NCBI GenBank assembly: GCA_965207075.1
Contig: CBDBLO010000002.1
Span: 640,001-704,000, forward strand
From: Nitrosopumilus sp.
GTDB taxonomy: Archaea > Thermoproteota > Nitrososphaeria > Nitrososphaerales > Nitrosopumilaceae
Direction: 5' to 3'
DNA length: 64,000 nucleotides
The notes beneath the pieces were generated by a model. It did no database searches. It had not been told where the DNA came from and was given only the letters and a program-made list of their open reading frames with translations. Both the position numbers and the translations under genes were made by a program. This document shows, piece by piece, positions 1 through 10,121 of this stretch (within the stretch, counting starts at the first letter, position 1; every line of letters begins with the position of its first letter).

Positions 1-948
1 GGCGCGGTTTCGTATGCGCTGCTCGACGGCGCGGTGCCGTACGAAGCGCATCTCGCGGTTGAGCCCCCTCTTGTGGGAGCCGCGCCCCCTGCGGGTCATG
101 CTTGATACCTTGAGGTCCTCGAGCACGATCACGCCGGGTGCGTGGTCGTCGCACACGTGCTTGGCCGCGATGCACTCCGCGTACTGGCGGCGGCTTCTGG
201 TCTTCTGCAGGCGCCTGCGGAGCCGCGCGTGCAGCCTCCTGAGCCTGTTGGAGTGCTTGTTCATCTTGGACATCCTTGACTGCATTTTTTGGTATTCCGC
301 GCGGCCGTCCCTGAACGGCGCGGCCGTGTCGTAGGAGTCCTTTGCGATTGCACTTCCCCCGCGGTCCATGGTCACGACCACCGTGGGCTCTGCGACGCCG
401 CGGTCAACCCCCTTGACCGTCGCGTCCGCGGGCACGCCCCGCTGCGGCGGCATCCCGACGCGGCACGACACGTGCAGCACGTACCGGCCGCTCCGCGTCC
501 TGGTGAACTCGTACGATCTTGGTTCGTGCTCCATGACCTCGTTGGGTACGGCCGCGCGGACCGTTCCAAACGACGGCAGCATGATGCCGTACCTGTCGAC
601 TATGCGCGGCGCGAGCGCGCACCTCACGGAGATTGCGGAGTGCCGTTTCCTCGTGCGGTGCCTGAGGCCGCCGCGTCCGAACCTCGCTGCCAGTTTGTGC
701 GCGGTGCATGCGTCTTGGATGCCCGCACGCTGTATCCCCGCGGGAATGGCGCGCATCCACTCCTGTTCCCGGCGCATGGCCGTCAGCTCCTTGTACAGCC
801 CGTACTCGCTCACGGCATCGCCCGACATGATCCTCCCGACGGACCAGTTGTACGCGTGGCGCTGGGCGACGCGGTACGAGTCGATGAGGCGCACCTGGTC
901 GGCCGCCAGCGATATGGCGACCCGGTACTTGCGGTATGCATGCAACAC
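1..948 (-). CDS. tnpB: TnpB RNA-guided nuclease (IS200/IS605 family), 3' end runs off the window
   Basis: Manual translation from GTG 948 (frame absent from the ORF track): MLHAYRKYRVAISLAADQVRLIDSYRVAQRHAYNW, RuvC-I VKGVDRGV, RuvC-II VIVLEDLKVSSMTRR...GLNRE. Confidence 0.9.
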   Translation of the reverse strand, partial: MLHAYRKYRVAISLAADQVRLIDSYRVAQRHAYNWSVGRIMSGDAVSEYGLYKELTAMRREQEWMRAIPAGIQRAGIQDACTAHKLAARFGRGGLRHRTRKRHSAISVRCALAPRIVDRYGIMLPSFGTVRAAVPNEVMEHEPRSYEFTRTRSGRYVLHVSCRVGMPPQRGVPADATVKGVDRGVAEPTVVVTMDRGGSAIAKDSYDTAAPFRDGRAEYQKMQSRMSKMNKHSNRLRRLHARLRRRLQKTRSRRQYAECIAAKHVCDDHAPGVIVLEDLKVSSMTRRGRGSHKRGLNREMRFVRHRAVEQRIRNRA

Positions 949-1124
949 GTAACACGTAAGGTGATAATGTTATTATGCCTTGTTTCCAATGTGAGGGGCG
1001 CGCCGCCGTGTGGCTGCCGGCTGCATCCTGTCCGTTGGCCGGAGCATCAGTCCGGACATATCACGGATTGGAAGCGGAGCCGGTTCTCACAAGTCATAAT
1101 AGTGGCCGGCGCCCATGGCCGCGC

Positions 1125-1337
1125 GTGAAGATAAAGTGCCCCAAGTGCAGGGAGGATGCGGTACTCTCACCAGACTTTGCCAAGGTAAAGTGCGGCACGT
1201 GCGAGTTTGACATGAGTTATGGGGACTATGTAGAGTATGTCGCGCACAACGATCCCACATACTCTGACATACTGAGCGACTATGCCGGGGCCGCCGGCAA
1301 GGGGCAGTCGTCCGGCACCCTCGACGAGTGGGACTAG
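1125..1337 (+). CDS. small zinc-ribbon protein
   Basis: VKIKCPKC...VKCGTC, acidic tail; start inferred at GTG 1125. Confidence 0.7.
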   Translation: MKIKCPKCREDAVLSPDFAKVKCGTCEFDMSYGDYVEYVAHNDPTYSDILSDYAGAAGKGQSSGTLDEWD

Positions 1338-1381
1338 GCAGTAGGACTAGAGACTAAATACTGCAACGACAATCAGACACC

Positions 1382-2227
1382 GTGGAGTTTCTGCTAGAGA
1401 ACATACTCAATATGATAGGGTTTATCGTGGGACTGGCCATAGGCCTGATGTCGCTGATCGGATTCCGCAATACCGGCAGTCCGACGCTCTTTAGGCTCAC
1501 AATCGCGTTCTTTGCCATAAGCGCCGGGTTCCTGATCATATGGGTCGGCTACCTGGCCGCGGATTTTGTGACAAAGTCCGGCGACATAGAGAGGTGGGTG
1601 CAGACCACCGGCATAATAGTCCAGACGGTCGGGTATTTCTTCATCGCCTTTTCACACAGCATCAAGGCCTTTCTGCCAAAGTCAAGCTACTTTAGGTCGG
1701 TGGGCGTGGTGCCGCTGTTCCTGATATCGTCCGTGCAGATAGAACACATATTCAGATCCATCTCGTTCATACTCTTGGCATACGGGGCCATCGAGACCAT
1801 ACTGTCGTATCTGGAAACCCGCAACCGCGGGGCCATATCGGTGGCGTCGGGGCTGGCGCTCTTGGCGCTCGGCGAGTTTCTCGGATGGTACTCGTTTGTA
1901 TTTCCAGAGTCCATACTGTACACGACGTCCATATCGATAAAGATCGCCGGGCTTGTTGCCCTCTTCATACCCGTAAGCAGGCTGCCGCTCACGCGCATAA
2001 GGGTCGACGACGGCCTGGATGGCGAGGGGGATGAGTGGGAAGAGGAAGAGGGGGAGGAGGAGGAGGAGGGGAGAGAAGATGACGGCGCGCGCCGCGAGGA
2101 AGGCAGGGAGGACGGAGGCGCCGATACGCACGGGCGCGGGCAGGAGCCGGCGGCAGAGGAGGCGCGGTCCGCACCGGCGCCAGGCGGCGGAAGCCCCGGG
2201 CGCGTGGAGCCGAAGGACGGCAGATGA
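1382..2227 (+). CDS. multi-pass membrane protein with acidic low-complexity C-tail
   Basis: ~6-7 hydrophobic segments then E/G-rich tail. Confidence 0.8.
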   Translation: MEFLLENILNMIGFIVGLAIGLMSLIGFRNTGSPTLFRLTIAFFAISAGFLIIWVGYLAADFVTKSGDIERWVQTTGIIVQTVGYFFIAFSHSIKAFLPKSSYFRSVGVVPLFLISSVQIEHIFRSISFILLAYGAIETILSYLETRNRGAISVASGLALLALGEFLGWYSFVFPESILYTTSISIKIAGLVALFIPVSRLPLTRIRVDDGLDGEGDEWEEEEGEEEEEGREDDGARREEGREDGGADTHGRGQEPAAEEARSAPAPGGGSPGRVEPKDGR

Positions 2228-2339
2228 CGCGATCGCAGGCAGCGGGCACGCCGCATGCAGAGTTAGTCAAGATCTTTTTGCTCTTTGGTTTACCAGTCAA
2301 AATCAGTACTTTATCATACAAGATGCGCGTATCATATGC

Positions 2340-2627
2340 ATGGCAGGATACCGCACCCGCATGGAAATAATCGGAGACATACTGTCCACGACCAGGGACG
2401 ACTGCCAGGACGAGCAGGGGGCCACCGTAACATACCTCATTAAGAAAGCCAACGTCTCGTACCCCCGGCTGTCCGAGATACTGAGCATGCTAGTCAAGCA
2501 GGGACTCTTGGAGGTGGACAGGACAAAGAACTCCAGCAAGTACCGGATAAGCGAGAACGGAAGAGAGTTCCTCCTGGCATACAACACGTTCACGGAGTTT
2601 TCAAGCGACTACGGCCTGAACATATGA
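2340..2627 (+). CDS. winged-helix transcriptional regulator
   Basis: YRTRMEII.DIL...TYLIKKANVSYPRL...YRISENGREFL pattern of archaeal wHTH regulators. Confidence 0.85.
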   Translation: MAGYRTRMEIIGDILSTTRDDCQDEQGATVTYLIKKANVSYPRLSEILSMLVKQGLLEVDRTKNSSKYRISENGREFLLAYNTFTEFSSDYGLNI

Positions 2628-2668
2628 CGGCAGGCATGAGGCCGCCCGGCCAGAAGCGGGCTCCTCCG

Positions 2669-2866
2669 TCATGCCCGTGCAGGGTCACATACAGGGGGAG
2701 ACGCCGCCGGTGATTGTGGCGGCAGTTGTGGCGGCAAGGGTGGCGATGATGCCCGGCTGTATGGCAAGGGCTGCAACCCCGCCTCAAACTCGTCAAAGTC
2801 GTCCTCAAACTCGTCGTCAAAGTCGTCCTCGAACTCGGTGTCGCCGTAGTCGGTCGGGTCGGACAT
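2669..2866 (-). CDS. possible small acidic protein
   Basis: ORF with D/E-rich repeat EFEDDFDD and an AT-rich patch upstream; may be spurious. Confidence 0.3.
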   Translation of the reverse strand: MSDPTDYGDTEFEDDFDDEFEDDFDEFEAGLQPLPYSRASSPPLPPQLPPQSPAASPPVCDPARA

Positions 2867-2975
2867 GCGCGCCCCGCCGCGGCGGCCGAATTAAAGCTTT
2901 GACGCGTCCCTGCAAGGCACGGCCACCCGAACGCGGCCCTGTACAAAATATTAGATGCGCCGGCGCAGCGCATAC

Positions 2976-3620
2976 ATGACAGAGGGCACCGGCGGCGAGG
3001 GGGCCATGACCAGGGTGGCCTGCGACGGTGACGGGATTGCCGCTGCCGCACGGCTGGTCAGAAGCGGGGGGGTCGTAATATTCCCGACCGATACGGTATA
3101 CGGCATAGGATGCGACCCCTACAACGCCAGGGCGGTCCAGAGGATATACGACATAAAGTCGAGGGAGCGGACAAAGCCGCTGCCCGTACTGGTCGATTCC
3201 GCCAGGACCGCCGGCAGGATATCCGTAATGGATGACGAGACGGTCCGGCGCATGGCAAGCAGGTTCTGGCCGGGCCCCCTTACGATGATCCTCGACGTGC
3301 GTGACAGGCGGCTTGCCGAATCCCTGAACCTTGGCGGGCACGGGGACGGGATCGCCCTCCGGGTCCCCGCCCACAAGTGTACCCGTATGCTGCTTGGCTC
3401 CTGCCGTATGATTGCAGGCACCAGCGCCAACGTGTCCGGCGCGGGGTCGACCGGCGATCCGGACGCGTGCGCCGGCGCAATGAAGGGATACGACATGATC
3501 CTCGACGGCGGAGTCATACGTGACCCCGCAGAGTCCACCGTCGTGGACGCCAGGGGCGGGCGCGTCACCATGATAAGGGAGGGCGGCCGGCTGAGCATGC
3601 AGGAGCTGCTAGGGGCATGA
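2976..3620 (+). CDS. sua5: L-threonylcarbamoyladenylate synthase (Sua5/TsaC)
   Basis: FPTDTVYG, IKSRERTKPL, FWPGPLT, TSANVSG, STVVD motifs. Confidence 0.95.
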   Translation: MTEGTGGEGAMTRVACDGDGIAAAARLVRSGGVVIFPTDTVYGIGCDPYNARAVQRIYDIKSRERTKPLPVLVDSARTAGRISVMDDETVRRMASRFWPGPLTMILDVRDRRLAESLNLGGHGDGIALRVPAHKCTRMLLGSCRMIAGTSANVSGAGSTGDPDACAGAMKGYDMILDGGVIRDPAESTVVDARGGRVTMIREGGRLSMQELLGA

Positions 3621-4141
3621 ACCTGATCATAACGTGCGCGAGGCACACTGAGGAGGACGCGGCAGGCGAGCTTGCCAGAGTGCTGGAGTCGATGGGCGAC
3701 GACAGTCCCGACATTATGGTCACCCCCATGTCGGGGATCCTGACTGCCAGCACGGGGGTCGAGCCGGCGTCGGTCCCGGCCAAGTTCAGGGAGACGCTCG
3801 AGGACGAGCCGTGGTCGATAAGGTACTGCCTGAGGGTCATCCCGGTATTCGAGACCGTCAAGACAGACGTCGTGGAGATCGTTGGAGCGGCGACTGCGAT
3901 GGCCCTGCAAAAGATACCCGGGGATGCGACGTACAGGATCACGGTCGAAAAGCGCAACACGGGCGTCTCCGGAAGCGAGATAATATCCGGGATCGCCCGC
4001 GGCATCAGCAACCCAGTCTCACTTGAGCATGCCGACGCGACCGTGCTGGTAGAGGTACTGGGCGGGACCACCGGCATCTCCGTACTGCGCGACTCGGAGA
4101 TCTTTAGTGCAGAGAAGGTACGCCGCGGCATGAACGCGTGA
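3617..4141 (+). CDS. THUMP-domain RNA-binding protein
   Basis: YRITVEKR...VSLEHADATVLVEVLG; overlaps the sua5 stop. Confidence 0.9.
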   Translation: MNLIITCARHTEEDAAGELARVLESMGDDSPDIMVTPMSGILTASTGVEPASVPAKFRETLEDEPWSIRYCLRVIPVFETVKTDVVEIVGAATAMALQKIPGDATYRITVEKRNTGVSGSEIISGIARGISNPVSLEHADATVLVEVLGGTTGISVLRDSEIFSAEKVRRGMNA

Positions 4142-4215
4142 CTCACGCGGCGGAGGCGTTTAGCACCGCGGCATGAACGCGTGACTCACGCGGCGGAGGC
4201 GTTTAGCACCGCGGC
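4123..4215. repeat. 43-bp tandem duplication at the junction of convergent genes
   Basis: ccgcggcatgaacgcgtgactcacgcggcggaggcgtttagca at 4123 and 4166, then ccgcggc again. Confidence 0.95.
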
Positions 4216-4986
4216 GCGCTCTGCCAGGACGTCCTCAAGCGGCGTCTCAGACGGGGCCGAGTTTATAGTCCTCTTGGTGATGCGGAACTCTTTGCGCAGG
4301 AATCCCGCATTGTCTGCCGTGAACGGCTCGGTCAGAAGGGGCTCCAGTTCCCTGTACAGCGAGTCGAGCGCCCTTGCGGGCCCCATGGACACGACCAGAA
4401 AGGCGTCCGACGAGGAGGGCCTGATGCCTGCAGTCCTTATGGCGGCAGATATCTGCGTGGTGAGGGCAAACCGCATCAGGATGTCCGTCTCGACGCGGTT
4501 TGCAATCAGGATGCCCCTCTTGTCGGACTCTACTGACAGGGCCAGTATCTTTTGCGCGTGAGACCTGTTCAGTACGAACCTGGCGGACAGCGCCTGTATG
4601 CTCAGCCTTGGGTGGCGTCCGCGCAGATCATCGAGGAACGCGGAACCCGGCGGCCCCTCCGGCCGCACCGCCAGAACCTCCAGGCGCCTGCCCCCGATCT
4701 CAAACCGGACGCGCCCCCGGCCGCGGGCGCCCCCGTGTATCACCGGTATGACGCTGACCGTGTCGCCGCTTTTGGCAACAGAGTCCATGCCGTCGGCAGC
4801 AGAGGTGTCGATGCCGTTTATTGCGACAAGCGTGTTGCGCGGATCCAGTGCGGGGGCGCCCTCCACGCGCATGCCCTGCAGCACCTCAAAGATCCCGGTT
4901 ATCGTGATCTCGGATCTCTCTATGTGCACCCTGTCGGTGCCAAGCGACTTTTTTGCGCCGCCGACAAGCTCTACTGTAATCATCAT
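4186..4986 (-). CDS. cgi121: ThiS/MoaD ubiquitin-like domain fused to KEOPS subunit Cgi121
   Basis: N-terminal beta-grasp ending VSVIPVIHGG; C-terminal ETDILMRFALTTQISAAI Cgi121 motif. Confidence 0.85.
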   Translation of the reverse strand: MMITVELVGGAKKSLGTDRVHIERSEITITGIFEVLQGMRVEGAPALDPRNTLVAINGIDTSAADGMDSVAKSGDTVSVIPVIHGGARGRGRVRFEIGGRRLEVLAVRPEGPPGSAFLDDLRGRHPRLSIQALSARFVLNRSHAQKILALSVESDKRGILIANRVETDILMRFALTTQISAAIRTAGIRPSSSDAFLVVSMGPARALDSLYRELEPLLTEPFTADNAGFLRKEFRITKRTINSAPSETPLEDVLAERAAVLNASAA

Positions 4987-5024
4987 CCGTGGCCCGCCCG
5001 TGCAGGCCTTAAGACTGTATCAGA

Positions 5025-5498
5025 TCAGGCACTGCTTACGGCACTGTCGCTATCGCTTGCAGGCGGCGTGGTGGAATCCGCATCTGGTGCGGCTTCGACG
5101 TCTTTTGCGGCGGTATCGGTAGCATTGACAGCATCAGCATCAGCCGTGCCGGGTTCCTTGCCGTCGCCGTCATTCGCGCGTTCATCACCGCTGCCAGACG
5201 CGTCATCGCCCTGCTCGTCCTTTGCCGCGGCCGCCTTTGCCGCGGCAGCCTCCTCCTCGGCGACTCTCTGCGCCTCTTCCTCCTCGGCCCTCGCCCGCTC
5301 CTGCGCCTCTCGCGCCCTTGCTGCGCGGATCTCATTTTTGACCGTCTTTGTGATGTAGCCTGCAATCTCGTTCTTGAGTCCCTTTGAGCGTACGACGGAG
5401 ATGTAGTCAAGCGTCTTTTTGTTGTGGGCAAAATCTTCGCCGAACTCCGACCGGTGCTTCTCCAATACCTCGAGTGAGAGGCGTCTTACCCTGTCCAC
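5025..5498 (-). CDS. rps17e: 30S ribosomal protein S17e with acidic C-extension
   Basis: DFAHNKKTL...SKGLKNEIAGYIT. Confidence 0.92.
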   Translation of the reverse strand: MDRVRRLSLEVLEKHRSEFGEDFAHNKKTLDYISVVRSKGLKNEIAGYITKTVKNEIRAARAREAQERARAEEEEAQRVAEEEAAAAKAAAAKDEQGDDASGSGDERANDGDGKEPGTADADAVNATDTAAKDVEAAPDADSTTPPASDSDSAVSSA

Positions 5499-5719
5499 AA
5501 CGCCACATGCTGCGGGGGTATTTTATACCTATGAGTCTCGCCGTGCCGCCGCAAGCTGGCGCGTGGGCCGAACAGGTTGGCCGCGCCACTCTTGCCGTTG
5601 CCGTCTCTACCACCATATCGCCATCATTGCCGTCATCATTGCCGTCATCATTGCCGCCATCGCATGCGGCCCGGCACACTGCAGCCGGAGCAGTGCGCGT
5701 CGCACCGGCCTACGAAGGA

Positions 5720-6493
5720 TCATCCCGTCCCAAGATAGTTTGCAGAGTTTTTTGCAACCGCGTCCGCCACGGAGTCAAACGGCATGCGGCGCACCTCTGC
5801 TATAGTATGAAGCACGCTTGCAACAAAGCAGGGGTGCCCCGCCTTGAGCTCAAAGCATCTTGAGAACTGCACGGGCCCGTCCGTCTCCACCAGAATCCTG
5901 TCCATGTCGGACAGCTCGATCAGCCTCTGCTTGTCGTTTGCGTACGTGGCGACCGGCCCAAACGACACGTAAAAGCCCATGTCGCGCGCCCGCGCAAGCT
6001 GCCTCTTGCTGCCGTCAAACCAGTGAAGCGACGCGCGTTCCGCATCAAAGGAGGTCATGACGTCAAACACGCGCTCGAGGCTCTTTCTCGAGTGTATGGA
6101 GACGGGCTTTCTGAGCCGCGACGCCAGTTCCAGCATGTGCTCAAAGGCGCGCACCTGGCCCGGGGGTATCCTGCCGTCACTGGCGTAGGTGGGGTCGAGC
6201 CCGATCTCGCCTATCCCCGCTATGCGGTCGGCGTTCTGCTCGGCAAGAACCGCGGTGTCGCGCAGCGCATCCTCCATGCCGGGACCCGCGACGCGCTCGG
6301 GGTGTATCCCGACAAAGGGCAGGATGCAGGCGCCCATGCCGGATATCTCCAGCGTCCTGACCGAGTCTACGTAGTCCATGGACACGGCGCATGCGGTAAT
6401 ATCCAAGCGCTCCATATACGAGACCGTGTAATCCAGCTCGCCGGCATACTCGGCGTCTGACAGGTGGACGTGGGAGTCCACGTATCGCGCCAT
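5720..6493 (-). CDS. tatD: TatD family hydrolase
   Basis: DSHVH, GIHP, GEIGLD, IHSR, ILVETDGP. Confidence 0.95.
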   Translation of the reverse strand: MARYVDSHVHLSDAEYAGELDYTVSYMERLDITACAVSMDYVDSVRTLEISGMGACILPFVGIHPERVAGPGMEDALRDTAVLAEQNADRIAGIGEIGLDPTYASDGRIPPGQVRAFEHMLELASRLRKPVSIHSRKSLERVFDVMTSFDAERASLHWFDGSKRQLARARDMGFYVSFGPVATYANDKQRLIELSDMDRILVETDGPVQFSRCFELKAGHPCFVASVLHTIAEVRRMPFDSVADAVAKNSANYLGTG

Positions 6494-6585
6494 GCCTGTA
6501 CCGCAAAGTTGGTTTGTATAAATCGATTCAATGGTTGCATTTTTTTTGCCTAGTGTCTTTTTGAGCGGGACGCGCACGCGCGCGT

Positions 6586-6804
6586 ATGGCAAAGTCAGAG
6601 TTTGGCATCACCGTCATGTACAGAATCCTCAAAAAAGCGGGGGCCGCCCGGGTCAGCGACGAGTCGGCCGAGGAGCTTAGAAGAACCATAGAGGAGGTGG
6701 CAGACGGAATAGCAAAGGGCGCCGTAGAGATGGCGGGGCATGCAAACCGCCGGACCGTCAAGGGCGAGGACGTCAGGATGGCGACGCGCCACTACCGGAT
6801 ATAG
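6586..6804 (+). CDS. archaeal histone
   Basis: RILKKAGAARVS...AGHANRRTVKGEDV histone fold. Confidence 0.92.
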   Translation: MAKSEFGITVMYRILKKAGAARVSDESAEELRRTIEEVADGIAKGAVEMAGHANRRTVKGEDVRMATRHYRI

Positions 6805-6838
6805 CAAGGATTAATTGCTTGCGCGCCTCACGCACGCC

Positions 6839-6910
6839 GGTAAGGTGGCAGAACGGTTATGCGTGGGCCTGCAAAGCCTATACAAGGGGGTTCGACTCCC
6901 TCTCTTACCT
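6839..6910 (+). tRNA. tRNA-Cys(GCA)
   Basis: Cloverleaf: acceptor ggtaagg/tcttacc, anticodon loop ctGCAaa, T-loop ttcgact. Confidence 0.93.
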
Positions 6911-6918
6911 CGTAATTA

Positions 6919-7404
6919 TCAGGGGGTTATGATTATCGCGCCCTCCATCCAGGGGTGCAGCGTGCAGTAGTACTCGTACGTGCCCGGGGCCTTGAAGGAG
7001 AGCGTGTAGGAGTCGTACGGGTCCATGTACCCGCTATCAAAGGTGTTTGCCGGACTGTCGTACGTGCCGGCCGTCACTGTATGGAATGCAGAGTCCTCGT
7101 TTGTCCACGTTATGGGCTCCCCGGCAGGCGCCTCGTATACGGACGGCACGTAGCAGCCGTCGGTCTCCTCGCAGCCTGGCCGCGACACCTTTGTCGGCAT
7201 TGAGACATCCGTGCCGCGGCCATCCGAGTCCAGTACCTGCACGGCGCCGTCCACATGGGACGCGCCGCTGCCGCCGGCCCCCGTGCCGCCGCCGGAGGGA
7301 TCGGACTCGTCAATCGCGATTACCGCCACCACTGCCACCACCGAAACCGCAAGTACGGATGCCGCTATCGCGGCCACAACCATCAGCCGGATGCTGCCCT
7401 CCAC
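6919..7404 (-). CDS. membrane-anchored blue copper (plastocyanin/azurin-like) protein
   Basis: N-terminal TM segment; WTNEDSAFHTVT and YYCTLHPWM type-1 Cu ligands. Confidence 0.93.
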   Translation of the reverse strand: MEGSIRLMVVAAIAASVLAVSVVAVVAVIAIDESDPSGGGTGAGGSGASHVDGAVQVLDSDGRGTDVSMPTKVSRPGCEETDGCYVPSVYEAPAGEPITWTNEDSAFHTVTAGTYDSPANTFDSGYMDPYDSYTLSFKAPGTYEYYCTLHPWMEGAIIITP

Positions 7405-7545
7405 GCATCAGCGCGGCATGCAGGGTGCTAAATAGTTGAGTCCAAGGGCCGCGCATGCCCAGTCCGCCCCACGTACGGGCACGCGTCGTCATGGTGGAAC
7501 CCGCCTGAAAGATCGTTTTTATACAGATGCAAGATAGCGCGGCCG

Positions 7546-7713
7546 ATGGCAAGGGAGAAGACGTGCACCGTGTGCAAGGCATCGACCCAGCGTGAATTCT
7601 ATCCTATGAAGGAGTGGGACGTGGAGGGCCCGCTATGCGGCGACTGCTATTCAAAGAGGATACACGATCATTATCCCGGGGAGCACGTCAGGATCAACAA
7701 GGATCTTGACTAG
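7546..7713 (+). CDS. small zinc-finger protein (55 aa)
   Basis: Manual translation MAREKTCTVC...PMKEWDVEGPLCGDCYSKRI; TATA-like tttata upstream. Confidence 0.75.
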   Translation: MAREKTCTVCKASTQREFYPMKEWDVEGPLCGDCYSKRIHDHYPGEHVRINKDLD

Positions 7714-7774
7714 CCGCGTCTGCACCTGTTGCCGCCACTGCTGTTACCTATAGTCACCATCACCATCACCATCA

Positions 7775-8389
7775 TCATAATGATGATTCCTTGGAGTACT
7801 TGTGCGTGTACATGCAGTTCCATACGAGCGGGTCGCCCCGGACCGCTTCCTCGTCAGATTCGCTGATGAACCTAATGTCGGTCACTGTCTTTTTTCTGCG
7901 GGACAGCGTAACCTGGAACGTGACGAACTCCTTGCAGTCGCACACCTTGTAGAGGCACGCATCATTGTCGTTCTCGTCGTGATCACTTGCCTCGTGGCCG
8001 CACCTGCAGATCTCGCCCCCCTTGGACTCTTCAAGCGCCTTTTTCTTGTACACACCAAGCCGCAGGTATGCCTCGCCGTCGTGCCCCTTTTTGAAGCGCT
8101 CATAATTGTCCGATATCGGGAGATTCTTACAAAACGAGAGGTTAGAGGAGGGCCTCTGGGTCTGGGCGCCCATGATGAACCAGTAGGTGCCGTCGCCGTC
8201 GGACTCTACAAACCTGATCTTGATGGTGTGATCTAGCCACCAGTGTATGGTCTCTTGCCATATGTACAGTGACTGCTTTTGGTCCGCAATCAGCGGGGCC
8301 ACGTTCATCCGTAGGTCATAATACCGGTACGCAACGCCCTGTATGTCGTCAAACCACGGTATGGGCGAGAGGGGGGAGGGTGAAGACAC
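7775..8389 (-). CDS. hypothetical protein with C/H metal-binding motif
   Basis: CRCGHEASDH...CLYKVCDC; start uncertain. Confidence 0.7.
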   Translation of the reverse strand: MSSPSPLSPIPWFDDIQGVAYRYYDLRMNVAPLIADQKQSLYIWQETIHWWLDHTIKIRFVESDGDGTYWFIMGAQTQRPSSNLSFCKNLPISDNYERFKKGHDGEAYLRLGVYKKKALEESKGGEICRCGHEASDHDENDNDACLYKVCDCKEFVTFQVTLSRRKKTVTDIRFISESDEEAVRGDPLVWNCMYTHKYSKESSL

Positions 8390-8770
8390 GAGGAAAAAGT
8401 GGCACGTGCGATATTTATCTGATCGCAGGCAGTGCACGATCCGTGCCGGGGCCGGTGCCCACATCAGAACACTGCGCCGCGCGATCTTGATGACTTGGCA
8501 TGCTTGTGCGCCAGTAGTATCCGCAACGCGGAGGCAGCCATTCAATTCCCTCTGGCACCGCCCCTTCCCTCCTCCCCCCTCGTGGCGACGATGTGCGGAC
8601 GCATGGGCAGTTCGGTAGATGGCATGCCCGGATGTTTGACGGGTAAAGGAGGGGGGAAGGGTGGGAAGAGTAGGAGTGTTGAACGGTTCCCGTTGGGGGG
8701 CAATGTAGTATCCTCGCATATGATGACGTGGATAAGATATAGTTATAATGGAGTTATGTAATGGTGAAGC

Positions 8771-9052
8771 ATGGTAGCATACAGAACAAGCATGCAGATT
8801 GTAGCGGATCTACTGACCGTAACACAGGAATCTGGACGGGACGGCATCAAGACCACGTCCCTGCTGACAAAGGCCAACCTCTCGCACTCACGATTATCAA
8901 AGTTCATGAACAACCTGACCGGGGCCGGACTTGTAAACCGCATCGAATATGACGGCAGGAACACTTTCGTAATAACCCCCAAGGGCAGGCAGTATCTGGA
9001 GTCGTACGTAAAGTTCTCCAGCATTGCAGAGTCCTTCGGACTGGACCTGTAG
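8771..9052 (+). CDS. winged-helix transcriptional regulator
   Basis: YRTSMQIV.D.L...KANLSHSRL...ITPKGRQYL; similar to 2340-2627. Confidence 0.88.
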   Translation: MVAYRTSMQIVADLLTVTQESGRDGIKTTSLLTKANLSHSRLSKFMNNLTGAGLVNRIEYDGRNTFVITPKGRQYLESYVKFSSIAESFGLDL

Positions 9053-9177
9053 GCGGCTAGCCGTCTTTTTTCTCATTTTTTGCAAGCCTCCGGCGTGGTT
9101 TGCGCGCCGCCGCCGCCGCCGCCGCATGACGCCGTTACAGCAGGCACCAGGCAGCCGGCAGCGCGCGGCCAAGCCGC

Positions 9178-9411
9178 CTACTTTCTAGACTTTTTGCGCT
9201 TGTCCCTTGTAAGCTGCCGCTGCTTTCGCGTCTTGTACGAGTCATACAGGAATATCGCGACGATTCCGCCAATCGAGGCGTAAAAGAGACCCGGAAAGAA
9301 CCTGAGCTCGCCGGTGGTCGGGCTCACAAAGGAGATTGGAATCCCGACAAACATGAATATCAGAATCACGGTAAGGTACTTGTCCACGGTATGCGCACGC
9401 GGGAAAACCAT
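9178..9411 (-). CDS. small membrane protein
   Basis: Two TM segments, basic tail. Confidence 0.7.
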   Translation of the reverse strand: MVFPRAHTVDKYLTVILIFMFVGIPISFVSPTTGELRFFPGLFYASIGGIVAIFLYDSYKTRKQRQLTRDKRKKSRK

Positions 9412-9439
9412 ATATCTTTTTGATCCTCCACCACCTCAG

Positions 9440-9646
9440 ATGGCAAGGGGACTGGAGGTCGCGGGACTCGGGCTGGTGGCCGTAATGATACTGAGCTTTG
9501 TCGGGGCGCTCCGCCCCGCAGTCGATGCCGGAACGTCGTACGTGTTCTGGGGCTGCGCCGCCGGGGCTCTCGGCATAATCATATACAGAAAGATGAAGAA
9601 CAAAAAGGAAGGCGCAAAATCCCGGGGCGGCGAGGCCGGCGCCTGA
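9440..9646 (+). CDS. small membrane protein
   Basis: Two TM segments, basic tail; divergent from previous gene. Confidence 0.6.
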   Translation: MARGLEVAGLGLVAVMILSFVGALRPAVDAGTSYVFWGCAAGALGIIIYRKMKNKKEGAKSRGGEAGA

Positions 9647-10121
9647 CAGGCGACGCGCCAATTCCGCGGACCGCGTGACACCCTGCGGCGTGACGGGCAG
9701 GCGCGTTATTGATCATAATCATTATGATCATGGTGGTGGCCATGGTGGTGCAGCGATGCCGCGCCCCGTGCAGTGAACCCATGCCCGCGCCCTCTTCCGG
9801 CGCGGTCGCGCCGCCGCCACCGCCGCTACCCCGCGGTACAGGAGGCACCATCGCAGTGGCGCCGGCGATCCGTAGTGGTGGTGGTGGTGGTGGTGGTAGC
9901 AGCAGCGCCCGATTTGCTAGAAAATACCGACAGATCTATAAGGAAGGATCGGACTCCAAGAGTAGTCATGGGGACATCCGGTGAGGAGAGATGGTGGGAG
10001 GGCCTCGGCGAGGAACTCCAAGTCGACCTAGAGTCCCTCGACGAATCCGAGTCGCAGGCGCGGTGAGGCACCGCACGCCCGAGTTTCCAACCATCTGGGA
10101 GTTTTATCGGGATTAGTAGTA

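Noticed and set aside
404-955. ORF-track minus-strand 183-aa protein and overlapping plus-strand ORFs
   Set aside because: Shadow frames; the TnpB motifs are in another minus frame that runs off the window.
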